DNA of 64,000 bases from Anaerolineae bacterium (lineage in GTDB: Bacteria > Chloroflexota > Anaerolineae > UBA1429): assembly GCA_040768165.1 (NCBI GenBank), contig JAXGNH010000003.1:290641-354640 (forward strand), in the 5' to 3' direction. Position 1 is the stretch's first letter; each line of letters begins with the position of its first letter. Below are positions 17,524 through 27,899 of this stretch, piece by piece. The translations under genes were made by a program, and so were the position numbers. Under the pieces are notes generated by a model. It was not told the DNA's origin and did no database searches. It saw nothing but the letters and a program-made list of their open reading frames with translations.

Positions 17524-19402
17524 ATGCGAACCCGAGCGGCGGTACTGTGTGATCAAGTCATCGAGGCGGGGTGGCTCGTTGCCCTGATCGTCGTGCCGCT
17601 CTTTTTCAACGTCTACTCCAGCCGCGTGTTCGAGCCGGACAAGCTGGCGCTGCTGCGCTCCATCGCTACGCTGATGGTCGTGGCATGGATCATCAAGGCG
17701 ATCGAGGAGGGGCTGCCGGAGGGCGCGCGCTGGCGCGGGGGCGGCTGGAGACAGGGGCTCGTCGCCGCGTTCAAGACGCCCCTGGTGGGTCCCACCCTGA
17801 TCCTGGCGGGGGTCTATCTCCTGGCCACCGCGTTCTCGGTGGTGCCTCGCGTCAGCCTGTGGGGATCGTACCAGCGCCTGCAGGGCACCTACAGCACCCT
17901 GAGCTACATGGTCATCGCCCTGCTGATGATGGCGACGATGCGGCGCGGCGAGCAGCTGCGCCGCCTGGTGACGGTGGTCATCCTCACGAGCCTCCCCATC
18001 GCCCTATACGGCGTGGCCCAGCACTATCGCCTGGACCCCCTCCCCTGGGGTGGGGACGTGACGTCGCGCGTCGCCGCCAACATGGGGAACGCCATCTTTA
18101 TCGCGGCGTACCTCATCATGGTGGTGCCCCTCACGCTGGCGCGCATCATCGAGCTGCAGGCGGCCATCCTCACCGGCCCGAGCGATGGCGAGGGACGGCG
18201 GCTTGGGCCTCACGCGGCGCATTGGCCTGGGCCTCCTCTTCTGGGTTGCGGTGGGGGTGCAGTTCCTCGCCTGGGCGGTGCTGGGGATGGAGCGTGGGCT
18301 GGCCGTGGGGCTGCTGATCATCGTGGGGTTGACCCTCGTGGCCGGCTACCTGCGTCGGCCGATGGCGCGGTTCGTGCTCCTGGGCGCCTACGCCCTCATC
18401 CTGTGCGCTCAGCTGGCCACCATCCTCTTCTCCCAGAGCCGTGGGCCGTGGCTGGGCCTGGTAGCGGGGCTGTTCTTCTTTGGTCTGGTCTACCTCTTTT
18501 CGCGGCGCTGGCGCGCTGCGGCGGTGGCGTTCGTCGGCCTGGCGGCCGCGCTGGTGGCCTTCTTGGTGGTCATCAACCTGCCAGGCACGCCCCTGTCCGC
18601 GGTGCGCGAGATGCCGTACGTGGGGCGCCTCGGGCAGGTGTTCGAGACCGAGACCGGCACGGGCAAGGTGCGCGTGCTCATCTGGGAGGGCGCCATCGAC
18701 ATGATCCGCGCCGACCCACTGCGCACCATCATCGGCTATGGCCCCGAGGCCATGTACGTGGCCTACAACCCCTTCTATCCCCCCGACCTGGCGCACTATG
18801 AGAGCCGCAGCGCCTCGCCGGACCGCTCGCACAACGAGACCTTTGACGCCCTGGTGATGACGGGGTTGGTGGGCTTTATCGCCTACATGCTGCTCTTTGG
18901 CAGCGTTTTCTACTATGGGTTGCGGTGGCTCGGCCTCATCCATGGGCGGGCGCAGTCGCGTCTCTTCCTGGCCCTGGGGGCGGCCGGGGCGGTGCTCGGC
19001 GTGGTGGTGCCCCTGGCGGTGGAGGGCACGCTGCGCTTTGCCGGCGCCGGGCTGCCGCTGGGGTTCGTGGCCGGCGTCGCGCTCTATATGGCGACCTCGG
19101 CCATCATGGCGATGATGGCCAGGCGCGGCGCGGCGCTCGGGCGCGAGGTCCCACCGGAGGAGCCCGAGTCGACGACGCGTCGCGAGCCGCGCCTCTCCGG
19201 CCCCGACCTCCTCCTCATGGTGGCGCTGCTGGCGGCGGTGGTGGCGCACTTTGTCGAGATCCACTTTGGCATCGCCATCGCGGCGACGCGTCTTTACTTT
19301 TGGTGCTACATCGCGCTCATGGCGCTGGTGGGTCGGCGCCGGCTGACGGTCGATGCGGCCACGGAAGAGGCGATGGGCGTCGAGCGTGTGATGGCTAGGT
19401 GA
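17524..19402 (+). pseudogene. O-antigen ligase/polymerase (Wzy_C) family membrane protein, apparently split by a frameshift near 18170-18200
   Basis: A frame-1 ORF from 17524 encodes TM helices, then turns to R/G/P low-complexity after …ILTGPSDGE. The frame-2 ORF 18185-19402 continues with hydrophobic helices and Wzy_C motifs ([10 protein letters not shown]; SHNETFDALVMTGLVGF). Confidence 0.5.
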
Positions 19403-19594
19403 CCGCCCCGAAGCGCGCCGCGGCGGACGCCGGCGCGACCGGCGGCGCCGCGGTGAGCGCTCCGCGGCCACGTCGAGGCCCTGAGGAGGACTGCCGCGCG
19501 GGTTGCTCGTCATGGGTCTGGCGGTCGGCCTCATCCTGGCGACGGTGGCCTGGGACTATACGACGAACCCCTCGGCCAGGGCAACCCCCTGGCG

Positions 19595-20881
19595 GTGCTC
19601 GTCACGGCGCTCACGACCATGGCTGCCAAGGGGCTGCCGAATCAGTGGAGCCTGGGCATCCTGTGGCTCGGCCTCGGCACGGCGTTGGTGGCGACGCTGG
19701 TGGCGGTTGCCGAGGCGGTGCGCGACGACGAGGCGGAGCGCGACGCCGCCTGGTGGGCGCGTTCGCTGGGCGCCTTTGCCGGCATCGCGCTGGGGAGCAG
19801 CGGGCTCTATGCCCTGATCCACGCCGCCCGGCTGGCGCCGGGGGTCAACACCGAGACGCTCATCTACGAGTACGCCATCGTGATGCTTGCCTTTTGGGGT
19901 GCCCTGGCGCTGGCGATGTACCGCGGGGAGGCCAGGCCGCAACAAGCCTCGCGCGGCGCCTGGGCCTCTGCCTACCCGATCCTCATCGTGGCGGCGCTCC
20001 TCTTTGCCAACGCTGCCAACCTGCGCATCGTCCGCGCCGATGTGCTGTACAAGCACGGGCTCAAGTTTGACGAGCAGGGCGACTGGGACAGCGCCATCCA
20101 CTACTATCGGCGCGCCATCGATCTCACCCCTCGCGAGGACTTTTACTACCTCTTTCACGGGCGGGCGCTGCTCGAGCGCGGCAAGGGCGAGGCGGATCCG
20201 GCGCGCCGCCAGGCCCTCTTTGAGGAGTCGCTGGCCTCCCTGAACGCCGCCCGCGCGCTCAACCCGCTCAACACCGATCACACCGCCAACCTGGCGCGCC
20301 TGCACCGCACCTGGGCCGAGTTCTCTGCGGACGCGGCCGCGCGCCAGGAGCACCTGCGTCAGGCGCTCGCCTTCTACCAGGCCGCCACCGAGCTGAGCCC
20401 CCACAACGCGCAGCTCTACAACGAGTGGGGCCTGGTGCACTTTTTGCTGGGCGATCTCGATGCCGCCCTCGCCACCTATGACCGCTCCCTGGGACTCGAT
20501 CGCGAGTTCCCGCAGACCTACATCCTGCGAAGCGACGTCCACATCGCCCGGGAGCACTGGCCGGCGGTGATCGACGAGTGCCGTCGGGCGGTCGAGGCGG
20601 AGCCGGACCTGGTGCAGGGGTGGAGCGCCATGGGGTATGCCTACTCCAAGATGGATGACTGGGAGAACGCCATCGCCGCGAACCTCAAGGTGCACGCGCT
20701 GGCGCCGGCCGACTATAACACGCTCAAGAACCTCGCCATCCTCTACGACCGCGCCGCGCAGCCGACCCAGGCGGTCGCCTATGCCGAGATGGCGATCGAG
20801 GCGGCGCCCGAGGGGGAGCGCTCGACCATGGAGGCGTTCCTGCAGGATCTGCGGGAGCGGAACGGGGAGGTCGAGTCCTAG
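19595..20881 (+). CDS. TPR-repeat membrane protein, possibly the C-terminal module of the O-antigen ligase
   Basis: N-terminal TM helices, then at least 6 TPR-like repeats (AIHYYRRAIDL…, YNEWGLVHF…, WSAMGYAYSKM…). An overlapping frame-0 ORF from 19503 begins with a TM segment, which suggests another frame shift at about 19570-19590. Confidence 0.55.
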   Translation: MLVTALTTMAAKGLPNQWSLGILWLGLGTALVATLVAVAEAVRDDEAERDAAWWARSLGAFAGIALGSSGLYALIHAARLAPGVNTETLIYEYAIVMLAFWGALALAMYRGEARPQQASRGAWASAYPILIVAALLFANAANLRIVRADVLYKHGLKFDEQGDWDSAIHYYRRAIDLTPREDFYYLFHGRALLERGKGEADPARRQALFEESLASLNAARALNPLNTDHTANLARLHRTWAEFSADAAARQEHLRQALAFYQAATELSPHNAQLYNEWGLVHFLLGDLDAALATYDRSLGLDREFPQTYILRSDVHIAREHWPAVIDECRRAVEAEPDLVQGWSAMGYAYSKMDDWENAIAANLKVHALAPADYNTLKNLAILYDRAAQPTQAVAYAEMAIEAAPEGERSTMEAFLQDLRERNGEVES

Positions 20882-21952
20882 ATGGCGCGCTATCTGCTGA
20901 TCCTCGCCAGCGCCTTTGCCCTCGCGACGATTGCGACGCCGCCGATGCGTCGGCTGGCGGTGCGGCTGGGCATCGTCGACCAGCCCAGTGCCCGCAAGAT
21001 CCACGCGCGCCCTATGCCGCTGATGGGGGGCGTGGTCATCTACCTGGCGTTCATCGCGGCGCTGATCATCTGGGGCGACCGCTTTTACGTGCGCCAGGTG
21101 GTCGGCATCGTGTTGGGCGCCAGCCTCTGCTCGATGCTGGGGCTATGGGACGACCGCCGGAGCATCGGCGCCGGCCTCAAGTTGCTAGGCCAAATCGCGG
21201 CGGCCGTTATTCTCATCATCAGCGGCGTCCAGGTGCAGGTGCTGCCTTACCCGGCGATCAACGTAGCGCTGACGCTCCTCTGGGTGGTGGGTATCACCAA
21301 CGCCATGAACCTGCTGGACAACATGGACGGCCTCTGCGGCGGGGTGGGCGCCATTGCGGCAGCCTTTTTCCTGCTGATGGCCGCCATGAGCGGCCAGTAT
21401 CTGGTGGGCGCGCTGGCGGCGGCGCTGCTGGGGGCGTGTATCGGGTTCTTGGTGTACAATGTCAACCCGGCGTCGATCTTTATGGGGGACGCCGGCAGCC
21501 TCTTTCTGGGGTTCACCCTGGCCGCCGCAGGCATCAAGCTGCGCTTTCCCGACAACGTGGCCTTTGTCACCTGGATGGCGCCGGTGCTGGTGCTGGGGCT
21601 GCCCATCTTTGATACCACGCTGGTGATCATATCGCGGCTGCGGCGCGGGCTGAACCCGCTGACGCATCCTGGCAAGGATCACGTCTCGCACCGCCTGGAG
21701 CGTGGTGGACTGACCCGCCGCGAGGCGGTGCTCACCCTCTATCTCGTGTGCTGCGCGCTGGGCGTGCTGGCGATGTACGTGACGCAGGCGTCCATGGTCG
21801 AGAGCTATCTGGTCGGCGGGGCGGTGTTCGCCGTCGGGGTCTGGCAGCTCTGGCGCCTGGAGGCGGCCTACCGGGCGGGGCGCCCGGACGTTGCCACGCT
21901 CGAGGCGGTGGGGGCGCCGAGCGCCGATGGCGGCGGGCGGTCACGCGACTAA
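20882..21952 (+). CDS. wecA: Undecaprenyl-phosphate N-acetylhexosamine-1-phosphate transferase (WecA/TagO, MraY-like)
   Basis: [36 protein letters not shown]. 10-11 TM helices. Confidence 0.85.
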   Translation: MARYLLILASAFALATIATPPMRRLAVRLGIVDQPSARKIHARPMPLMGGVVIYLAFIAALIIWGDRFYVRQVVGIVLGASLCSMLGLWDDRRSIGAGLKLLGQIAAAVILIISGVQVQVLPYPAINVALTLLWVVGITNAMNLLDNMDGLCGGVGAIAAAFFLLMAAMSGQYLVGALAAALLGACIGFLVYNVNPASIFMGDAGSLFLGFTLAAAGIKLRFPDNVAFVTWMAPVLVLGLPIFDTTLVIISRLRRGLNPLTHPGKDHVSHRLERGGLTRREAVLTLYLVCCALGVLAMYVTQASMVESYLVGGAVFAVGVWQLWRLEAAYRAGRPDVATLEAVGAPSADGGGRSRD

Positions 21953-21976
21953 TCTAGCAACCACTTGGGGGCGAAA

Positions 21977-22741
21977 ATGGCCAAGAAGAGAGAAAAGATC
22001 AGGCGTCGACGCGAGGTAACCCGCGCACGACAGGGCGCTGAGCGCCCCGAGCGCAAGCCCTCTCGCCCGCCGGTGGCCCGGCAAGAGGAAAAGACGACCA
22101 TGAAGGATGTCTGGATCGCCCTGGGCATCGTGGGCGGGATCGTCGTGCTGTTCGTCCTCCTCTACCAGTTCGCCGTGCGGCAGCCGCCATCGCGGGCAGA
22201 GCCCGAGCCGACGCCGGCGACTCCCGAGACCATGTCGTGGGAGCAGCCGCCAGCCATGGCGCTGGACACGGCCAAGTCGTACGAGGCCGTCCTTCACACC
22301 GAAAAGGGCGACGTGCGCCTGGAGCTGCACGATGACCTCGCGCCGATGACTGTGAACAATTTCGTCTTCCTGGCGCGGGAAGGGTTCTATGACGGCGTCA
22401 CCTTCCATCGGGTGATCCCCGGGTTCATGGCGCAGACGGGCGATCCCACCGGCACGGGGAGCGGTGGCCCGGGGTACCGCTTTGACGACGAGTTCGACCC
22501 CTCGCTGCGGCATGACGCCGCCGGCGTCGTCTCCATGGCCAATGGGGGACCGAACACCAACGGCAGCCAGTTCTTTGTCACCTACGGGCCGGCGTCACAC
22601 CTGGACGACGAGCACACTATCTTTGGACGGGTGATTGAGGGGATGGACGTGGTCGAGTCGCTGACGCCGCGCAACCCGCTAGAGGACCCCGACGCGCCGC
22701 CGGGCGATCGCATCCTCAGCGTCGACATCGTCGAGAGCTAG
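21977..22741 (+). CDS. ppiB: Cyclophilin-type peptidyl-prolyl isomerase with N-terminal membrane anchor
   Basis: [44 protein letters not shown] segment [17 protein letters not shown]. Confidence 0.85.
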   Translation: MAKKREKIRRRREVTRARQGAERPERKPSRPPVARQEEKTTMKDVWIALGIVGGIVVLFVLLYQFAVRQPPSRAEPEPTPATPETMSWEQPPAMALDTAKSYEAVLHTEKGDVRLELHDDLAPMTVNNFVFLAREGFYDGVTFHRVIPGFMAQTGDPTGTGSGGPGYRFDDEFDPSLRHDAAGVVSMANGGPNTNGSQFFVTYGPASHLDDEHTIFGRVIEGMDVVESLTPRNPLEDPDAPPGDRILSVDIVES

Positions 22742-22744
22742 CCC

Positions 22745-23320
22745 ATGGCCACCGGCGAGGGAGCGTGCGCCTTCTCACGCGTCTGGCAGCGCTATCGGAG
22801 CCATCTCGTCGCGCTGTTCGTCTCCTTGACGATCACGGCGCTCATTGTCATCTTTCGTCGCGAGTTGGCCGACCTCGCCGGCTATGGCTATGTGGGGGTG
22901 TTTCTCATCAGCCTGCTGGGGAACGCCACGGTGATCCTGCCGGTGCCGAGCCTGGCGGTAGTGTTCGCCGGCGGTAGCGTGCTGAACCCACTGCTGGTGG
23001 GCGTGGTGGCGGGCCTGGGCGAGCCGCTAGGCGAGCTGACGGGGTATATGGCGGGGTATGGCGGCAGCGCCGTGGTCGAGCAGCGCGAGCGCTTTCAGCG
23101 GGTGCAGGAGTGGATGGAGCAGCGCGGATTCCTCACCATCCTCGTACTGTCGGCCATCCCGAACCCGCTCTTTGACCTGGCCGGCATCTCGGCGGGGATG
23201 CTGCACTACCCCGTGACAAAGTTCTTGGTCGCCTGCTGGATCGGCAAGACGGCCAAGGCCATCGCCATCGCCTACCTTGGCTCTGGCCTCTTTGGCGCCG
23301 TCGCGCCTTGGTTTGGGTAA
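22745..23320 (+). CDS. DedA/VTT-domain (SNARE-associated) membrane protein
   Basis: 191 aa, about 4 TM helices, GYGYVGVFLISLLGNATVILPVPS motif. Confidence 0.7.
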   Translation: MATGEGACAFSRVWQRYRSHLVALFVSLTITALIVIFRRELADLAGYGYVGVFLISLLGNATVILPVPSLAVVFAGGSVLNPLLVGVVAGLGEPLGELTGYMAGYGGSAVVEQRERFQRVQEWMEQRGFLTILVLSAIPNPLFDLAGISAGMLHYPVTKFLVACWIGKTAKAIAIAYLGSGLFGAVAPWFG

Positions 23321-23328
23321 CCGGAGCC

Positions 23329-23697
23329 CTACTCCCTGGCCCGATGGTGAAACGGGGCGCCGCGCTGCGCGAGGGTGCGCTCGAGTTCCGCGGTGGCGGC
23401 GGCGCCGTCGCGGTATTGGTACGGCCACATGCTCTTCAAGTGGAAAAAGGCCACCCGGTCGCCATCCCTCAGGGGCAACGCCAGGTCCGGTTGCAGGCCG
23501 GGGAGGGCGCTGAGGCAGCCGTTCACAAAGGTAATGCCCCGCTCTTCCGTGGGCAGGCCCAGACGCGCCAGGACGTCGCCGAGGGTGCTGCCCTCCTCGA
23601 TCTCTAGCGCGACGTTGGCATGGGTCGGCCCGGCGTCGGGGCCGCCATAGCGCGCCAGGGGGCCGTAGAGCCATACATCCACCGCCATGCTCGCCAC
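23329..23697 (-). CDS. MoaD/ThiS-fold protein with C-terminal extension (no terminal Gly-Gly)
   Basis: Ubiquitin-like core …RDGDRVAFF, followed by about 35 aa rather than a GG terminus. Confidence 0.45.
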   Translation of the reverse strand: MASMAVDVWLYGPLARYGGPDAGPTHANVALEIEEGSTLGDVLARLGLPTEERGITFVNGCLSALPGLQPDLALPLRDGDRVAFFHLKSMWPYQYRDGAAATAELERTLAQRGAPFHHRARE

Positions 23698-23964
23698 TCA
23701 GCCTCCTCCGATGGCCGGAAAGACGCCCACCTCGTCGTCTGGGGCCAGGGCGTGGTCCACGTCTCGGCTGATGCCGTTCACGAATGTGAGCCGCGCGCTC
23801 CCCTCGGGCAGCCCGAGGTGGGCCATCAGGTCGCCGACGGTGCTCCCCGCCGGAAGCCAGACCTCCAACGGGGAGGTGCCGGCCCGCGCGGCGGGCGCCG
23901 AGGCGAGGATCGCCTCGGACACCTTCTGCCGCAGGCCGGCGTACAGCCGGACGCATACCCTCAT
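23698..23964 (-). CDS. MoaD/ThiS-family sulfur-carrier-like protein (GG terminus)
   Basis: MRVCVRLYAGL…DDEVGVFPAIGGG. ATG at 23962-23964. Confidence 0.6.
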   Translation of the reverse strand: MRVCVRLYAGLRQKVSEAILASAPAARAGTSPLEVWLPAGSTVGDLMAHLGLPEGSARLTFVNGISRDVDHALAPDDEVGVFPAIGGG

Positions 23965-23975
23965 CGTCGCCTCGG

Positions 23976-25812
23976 CTACAGCCGCCCAAAGACCGCGTCC
24001 AGAGCCTCGTTCGGCACGTCCCACACCACGTTGTGGGGCGGGAGCGGCTCGTAGGTCATGAACTCGGGTATGCGGTCGTGCCGGGCGGTAAAGCCGGCCG
24101 CCTCATTGAAGGCTCGCTCCTTGCGCAGGACCTCGCTCCCCAACGAGACCACATCGTCGACGGTGTACTGCGTGCCCAGGACGGCGTTCACCTCGTCGAC
24201 GACGCCCTCAAAGCCGGAGGCGATATCCAGGATGGCAAAGGCGATGAATAGGCAGTGGCCCGTCGAGTCGATAAAGGCGGTCGTGGCCTGGAAGGCGCGG
24301 CTCAGGTCCGCCTTGCCCTCGGGCGACAACGGGTCTACGGCGCCGCCCACCTTGAGGATCTCGGGGGCGATGGTATAGCCGGCGGTGTGGTCGGCGCCCA
24401 TGGTGGTGGTGGCGTAGGTGATGCCGATCCCCTTGACGGCGCGCGGCTCGTAGGCCGGCATGCTCTGCCCCTTGACCACCGGCGCGCGGCGCACGCCGAG
24501 GACGCGGGCGGCGGTCTCTGTGCCGCTCCCCAAGATGCGGCCCAGGGGGGTGCCCCTGCCCATCTCGTGGATCATCTCAATGGCCCGCTTGCCGTCGCCA
24601 AAGGGGGCTACGCCACCCTCCATGGCCACCGCCAGGGTGGTGCCCGTCTCGATGGTGTCCAGGCCGTAGGCGTTGCAGAGCCGCACCATTTCGGCGATGT
24701 CATCGAGGTCGTCGATCTCGCAGTTGGCGCCCAGGGCCCAGTCCGACTCGTACTCGACGCACGAGGCAACCTCGGTCCCGTCCTCTGCGAACCAGGTGTT
24801 GGAACACTGGATGATGCAGCCCGGGCTGCAGGCGTGGTTGTACAGCTCGTGCTGTTGCCGCACCTTGACCGCCTCAAAGATCGCCTCGCCGGCGATCTTG
24901 GCCGCGCCATCAAAGCGTCCCCGAGAAAAGTTGCGCGTGGGCAGGCCGCCGGCCTCGTTCATGATGTTGATGAGCACGGCCGTGCCGTAGGAATTCAGGC
25001 TGCCCTTGGGCTTGGTGACGTCATGGCTCCGTATGGCAGCAGCCAGTTTGCGCTGCCCCTGTCTGAACAGCTCCGGATGGGCTACCGCGACCTCCGGGGC
25101 GCCGGTCGGGTCGAGCACCAGGAACTTGAGCCCCTTGCTGCCCATCACGGCGCCCAGGCCGCCGCGGCCCGAGTAGCGGTTCGGCCGGCCGTGGAGATCG
25201 GCGAACGCCACCCCCGAGTTGCCGTAGGCCAACTCGCCCGCCACGCCGATGCCGGCGATGTGGGCGCCGGCGCCGAACCGCTGCTGCACGAGGGGATAGA
25301 CCTCAAAGAGGTCCTTGCCCACGTACTCATCCGCCGGGTAAAAGGCCGCCGTGGGTCGGCCCTGGCCCGCGTCCCAGGAGATGTGCGCCAGCCAGTAGCC
25401 GCCGGCGCCCTCCGGCTGCCCCTCCACGACGAGCGCCTGGATCCCCAGCTCCTGCGATCGCCTGCGCCCAGGCGCTGCCGGCGTTCGCTTTTGATGCCGC
25501 CGGTGAGCGGCGACTTGGCGCCCACCGACAGCCGTGCCGAACTGGGGCGTCGGTTCCCGTGAGGATGCCGGGTGCAAAGACGAGCTTGTTGTTGGGTCCG
25601 AGGGGATGGCACTGGGCGGGGACCTCGTCGTGGATGATGGTGGATGTAAGCCCGCGGCCCCCGAGCCGGGTGTATGCCTGGGGCACGTCCTCTAGCCGGT
25701 AATCGCGCGTGCGCATGTCGATACGTAGGATCCACATGGCTGTTCCACCTCCATTGGCGGAAATGGGTCGAGTGGACCCGACCGCGGCACAAAAGCACAG
25801 GAGGCAACGCAT
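23976..25812 (-). pseudogene. Aldehyde:ferredoxin oxidoreductase (tungsten/MoCo AOR family) disrupted by three frame shifts between about 25470 and 25560
   Basis: The N-terminus is MWILRIDMRTRDYRLE…LGGRGL…PNNKLVFAPGILTGT. The AOR sequence then continues in a second frame (PSSARLSVGAKSPLTGGIKS) and in a third frame (ANAGSAW). It finishes in the frame of the 533-aa ORF (ELGIQALVVEGQPEG… to end), which carries the conserved AOR C-terminal domains. Confidence 0.7.
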
Positions 25813-26083
25813 CCCTCAGTAGGGGTGCGTTGCCTCCTGTCGACACCCGATTCGCATCATGCGTCCTCGCGCGTCCAGACTGCCGGATGCGATGATGCAC
25901 GATGGCGAGACCCGTAGGCTAGCGGCCCGACGGCACAGAACGAGCGGGGGACGTCGATCTCGGCCGAGGCGACCTCGCTGTCAAGGGAGCCGGCGGCCAG
26001 CGCGACATCTCTCCCTGCATCAGTATCTTACCATAACCCCAGAGCGGCGTCAATGCACTGTGTGGGTGGGGCGCCAGGCTTGG

Positions 26084-27433
26084 CTACAGCCCCAGCACCA
26101 CCTGGGCGATGGAAAAGTAGATCAGCAGGCCGGTGGCGTCCACCAGCGTGCTCATCAGCGGGCCCGACACGAGGGCCGGGTCCACCTTGAAGCGGGCGGC
26201 CAGGAGCGGCAGGAGCGACCCCACGCCGTTCGCCCACAGCACGATGGCAAAGATGCTGCCCGAGACCACCGCCGCGACCAGGGGCGAGTCTACCCAGGTG
26301 ACGGCGCGGATGAACGCCACGAGCGACAGGAGCGCGCCCAGGATCAGCGCGGTGCGGAACTCGTGCCACAGCACGGGGAGCGTGTCACGCAGGGTGATGT
26401 CGCCCACCCCCAGGGCGCGGATGATGGTGGTGGTCGTCTGCGTGCCGGCGTTACCGCCCGTGCCGATGAGCAGCGGGATGAACAGCGACAGGGCAACCAC
26501 CCGATTGAGGTCATCCTGGAACAAGCTGATGACCGAGCCGGTGAGGGTGCCGGTGATAAAGAGCAGCAGCAGCCAGCCGATGCGCTTCCACGCCGTGGCG
26601 CGCACGCTCGAGTCGAGGTAGGGGCGGTCCAGCGGCTCGGCGCCGCCGATGCGCTGGATATCCTCGGTGGCCTCGTCCTCCAGCACCTCGATGAGGTCGT
26701 CCACGGTGATGACGCCCACCAGGCGCTCGTCGTCATCCACCACCGGCACGACCGGCAGGTCGTAGCGCGACATCAAGCGTGCGGCCGTCTCCTGATCGTC
26801 GCTCGCGTGGACGCGGAGCACGTCGGGCTCCATCAGTTCGCGCAGGCGCTGGGCCGGCTCGGCGCGGACCAGGCGCATCAGCCCTACCTGGCCAACCAGA
26901 CGGCGGCCGCCGTTCACGACGAAAATGCGCGGCGTCTCGGGGCCCCTGGGCTCCCACTCGCGGATGGCGGCCATGGCCTGGCTGACCCGCATCGCCTGGG
27001 GGAAGGCCAGGTACTCGGACGTCATCAGCCCGCCCGCGGTCTGGTCCTGGTGCAGCAGCAGCGGGCGGACGTCGTCCGCCTCCTCCAGTTGGGCCAGCAT
27101 CGCAGTGCTGAGGGTGGGGTCCAGGTCGCCCAACAGGTCGGCAACCTCATCGGGCTCCATCTCGGCGACGATCTGCGCGAGCGAGCCGCCGTCGAGCCTG
27201 GAGGCGAGGTCGGCGGCGTCGGCGTCGTCGAGTTCCTCCAGGATGTCGGCCGCGTCCTCGGCAGCGAGTTGGGGGAGCAGGATTTCCTGATGCTCCGGCT
27301 CTAGCTCCTCGAACACGTCGGCCTGGTCGGCCGGCAGCAGCGCCTCGATGATGCGAATCGCCTCGGGCACGTCGTTATGCTCCAGCGACTCGCGGACGTG
27401 CAGCAGGATGGTATCGACGGTCACGGTGTCCAT
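26084..27433 (-). CDS. mgtE: Magnesium transporter MgtE
   Basis: N-terminal domain, tandem CBS, TM domain with PLLIGTGGNAGTQ. RBS GGAGGTG 5 nt upstream of the ATG. Confidence 0.9.
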   Translation of the reverse strand: MDTVTVDTILLHVRESLEHNDVPEAIRIIEALLPADQADVFEELEPEHQEILLPQLAAEDAADILEELDDADAADLASRLDGGSLAQIVAEMEPDEVADLLGDLDPTLSTAMLAQLEEADDVRPLLLHQDQTAGGLMTSEYLAFPQAMRVSQAMAAIREWEPRGPETPRIFVVNGGRRLVGQVGLMRLVRAEPAQRLRELMEPDVLRVHASDDQETAARLMSRYDLPVVPVVDDDERLVGVITVDDLIEVLEDEATEDIQRIGGAEPLDRPYLDSSVRATAWKRIGWLLLLFITGTLTGSVISLFQDDLNRVVALSLFIPLLIGTGGNAGTQTTTTIIRALGVGDITLRDTLPVLWHEFRTALILGALLSLVAFIRAVTWVDSPLVAAVVSGSIFAIVLWANGVGSLLPLLAARFKVDPALVSGPLMSTLVDATGLLIYFSIAQVVLGL

Positions 27434-27694
27434 GGGGCACCTCCATATACACGGCTGTAGCGCGTCGGTAGGCCCTCGACCTCCTGGGCCTACCCGCCCA
27501 CAGCCCGCGTCGGAGGCGGGGTCAGCGGGGTGTCGGGGGGCTCGATCCAGGGGGCCGGGGCATCATACGTTTTTGCGGCCGACGGGCGCCGAACGGACAG
27601 CGTTCAGCGGGGTCGGCGTTCGCTTGCGATGCGTCTTCCATCTCGAACCGAATACTCCTCGTGTGGTTTTCGCCTCGAGCGGCGAGGTCCGGGC

Positions 27695-27735
27695 ACAAAA
27701 AACGGGAGGGTCGGGAACCGATCCCGACCCTCCCG
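27695..27735 (-). terminator. Rho-independent terminator (13-bp GC stem then U-tract on minus strand)
   Basis: CGGGAGGGTCGGG-aaccgat-CCCGACCCTCCCG, preceded on the + strand by CACAAAAAA. Downstream of dus and upstream of mgtE. Confidence 0.6.
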
Positions 27736-27899
27736 TGCATGCCACAAGGCATGACCGGTTGGCAACGGTCAATCGCTTCTCGTCCCAGGCACAGCCCTAT
27801 TCCGATGTGATCCCGAGCTGGTACTCAAAGGATCGGTACTGATCATGGCGCGGCACTCACCTTTCATCGCCAGAATTGTACGCCCCAACCGTGGCGGTG

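Noticed and set aside
23976-25577. Treating the 533-aa ORF as a complete AOR starting at its first Met
   Set aside because: Its first about 40 residues (MHPASSREPTPQFGTAVGGRQVAAHRRH…) are out-of-frame read-through. The true AOR N-terminus is in other frames upstream (25812 downward).
27434-27700. M-box riboswitch in mgtE leader
   Set aside because: Only weak partial resemblance to conserved M-box segments, and the strong terminator is too far (about 265 nt) from the start codon to be an expression platform. Left as a finding for Infernal confirmation.
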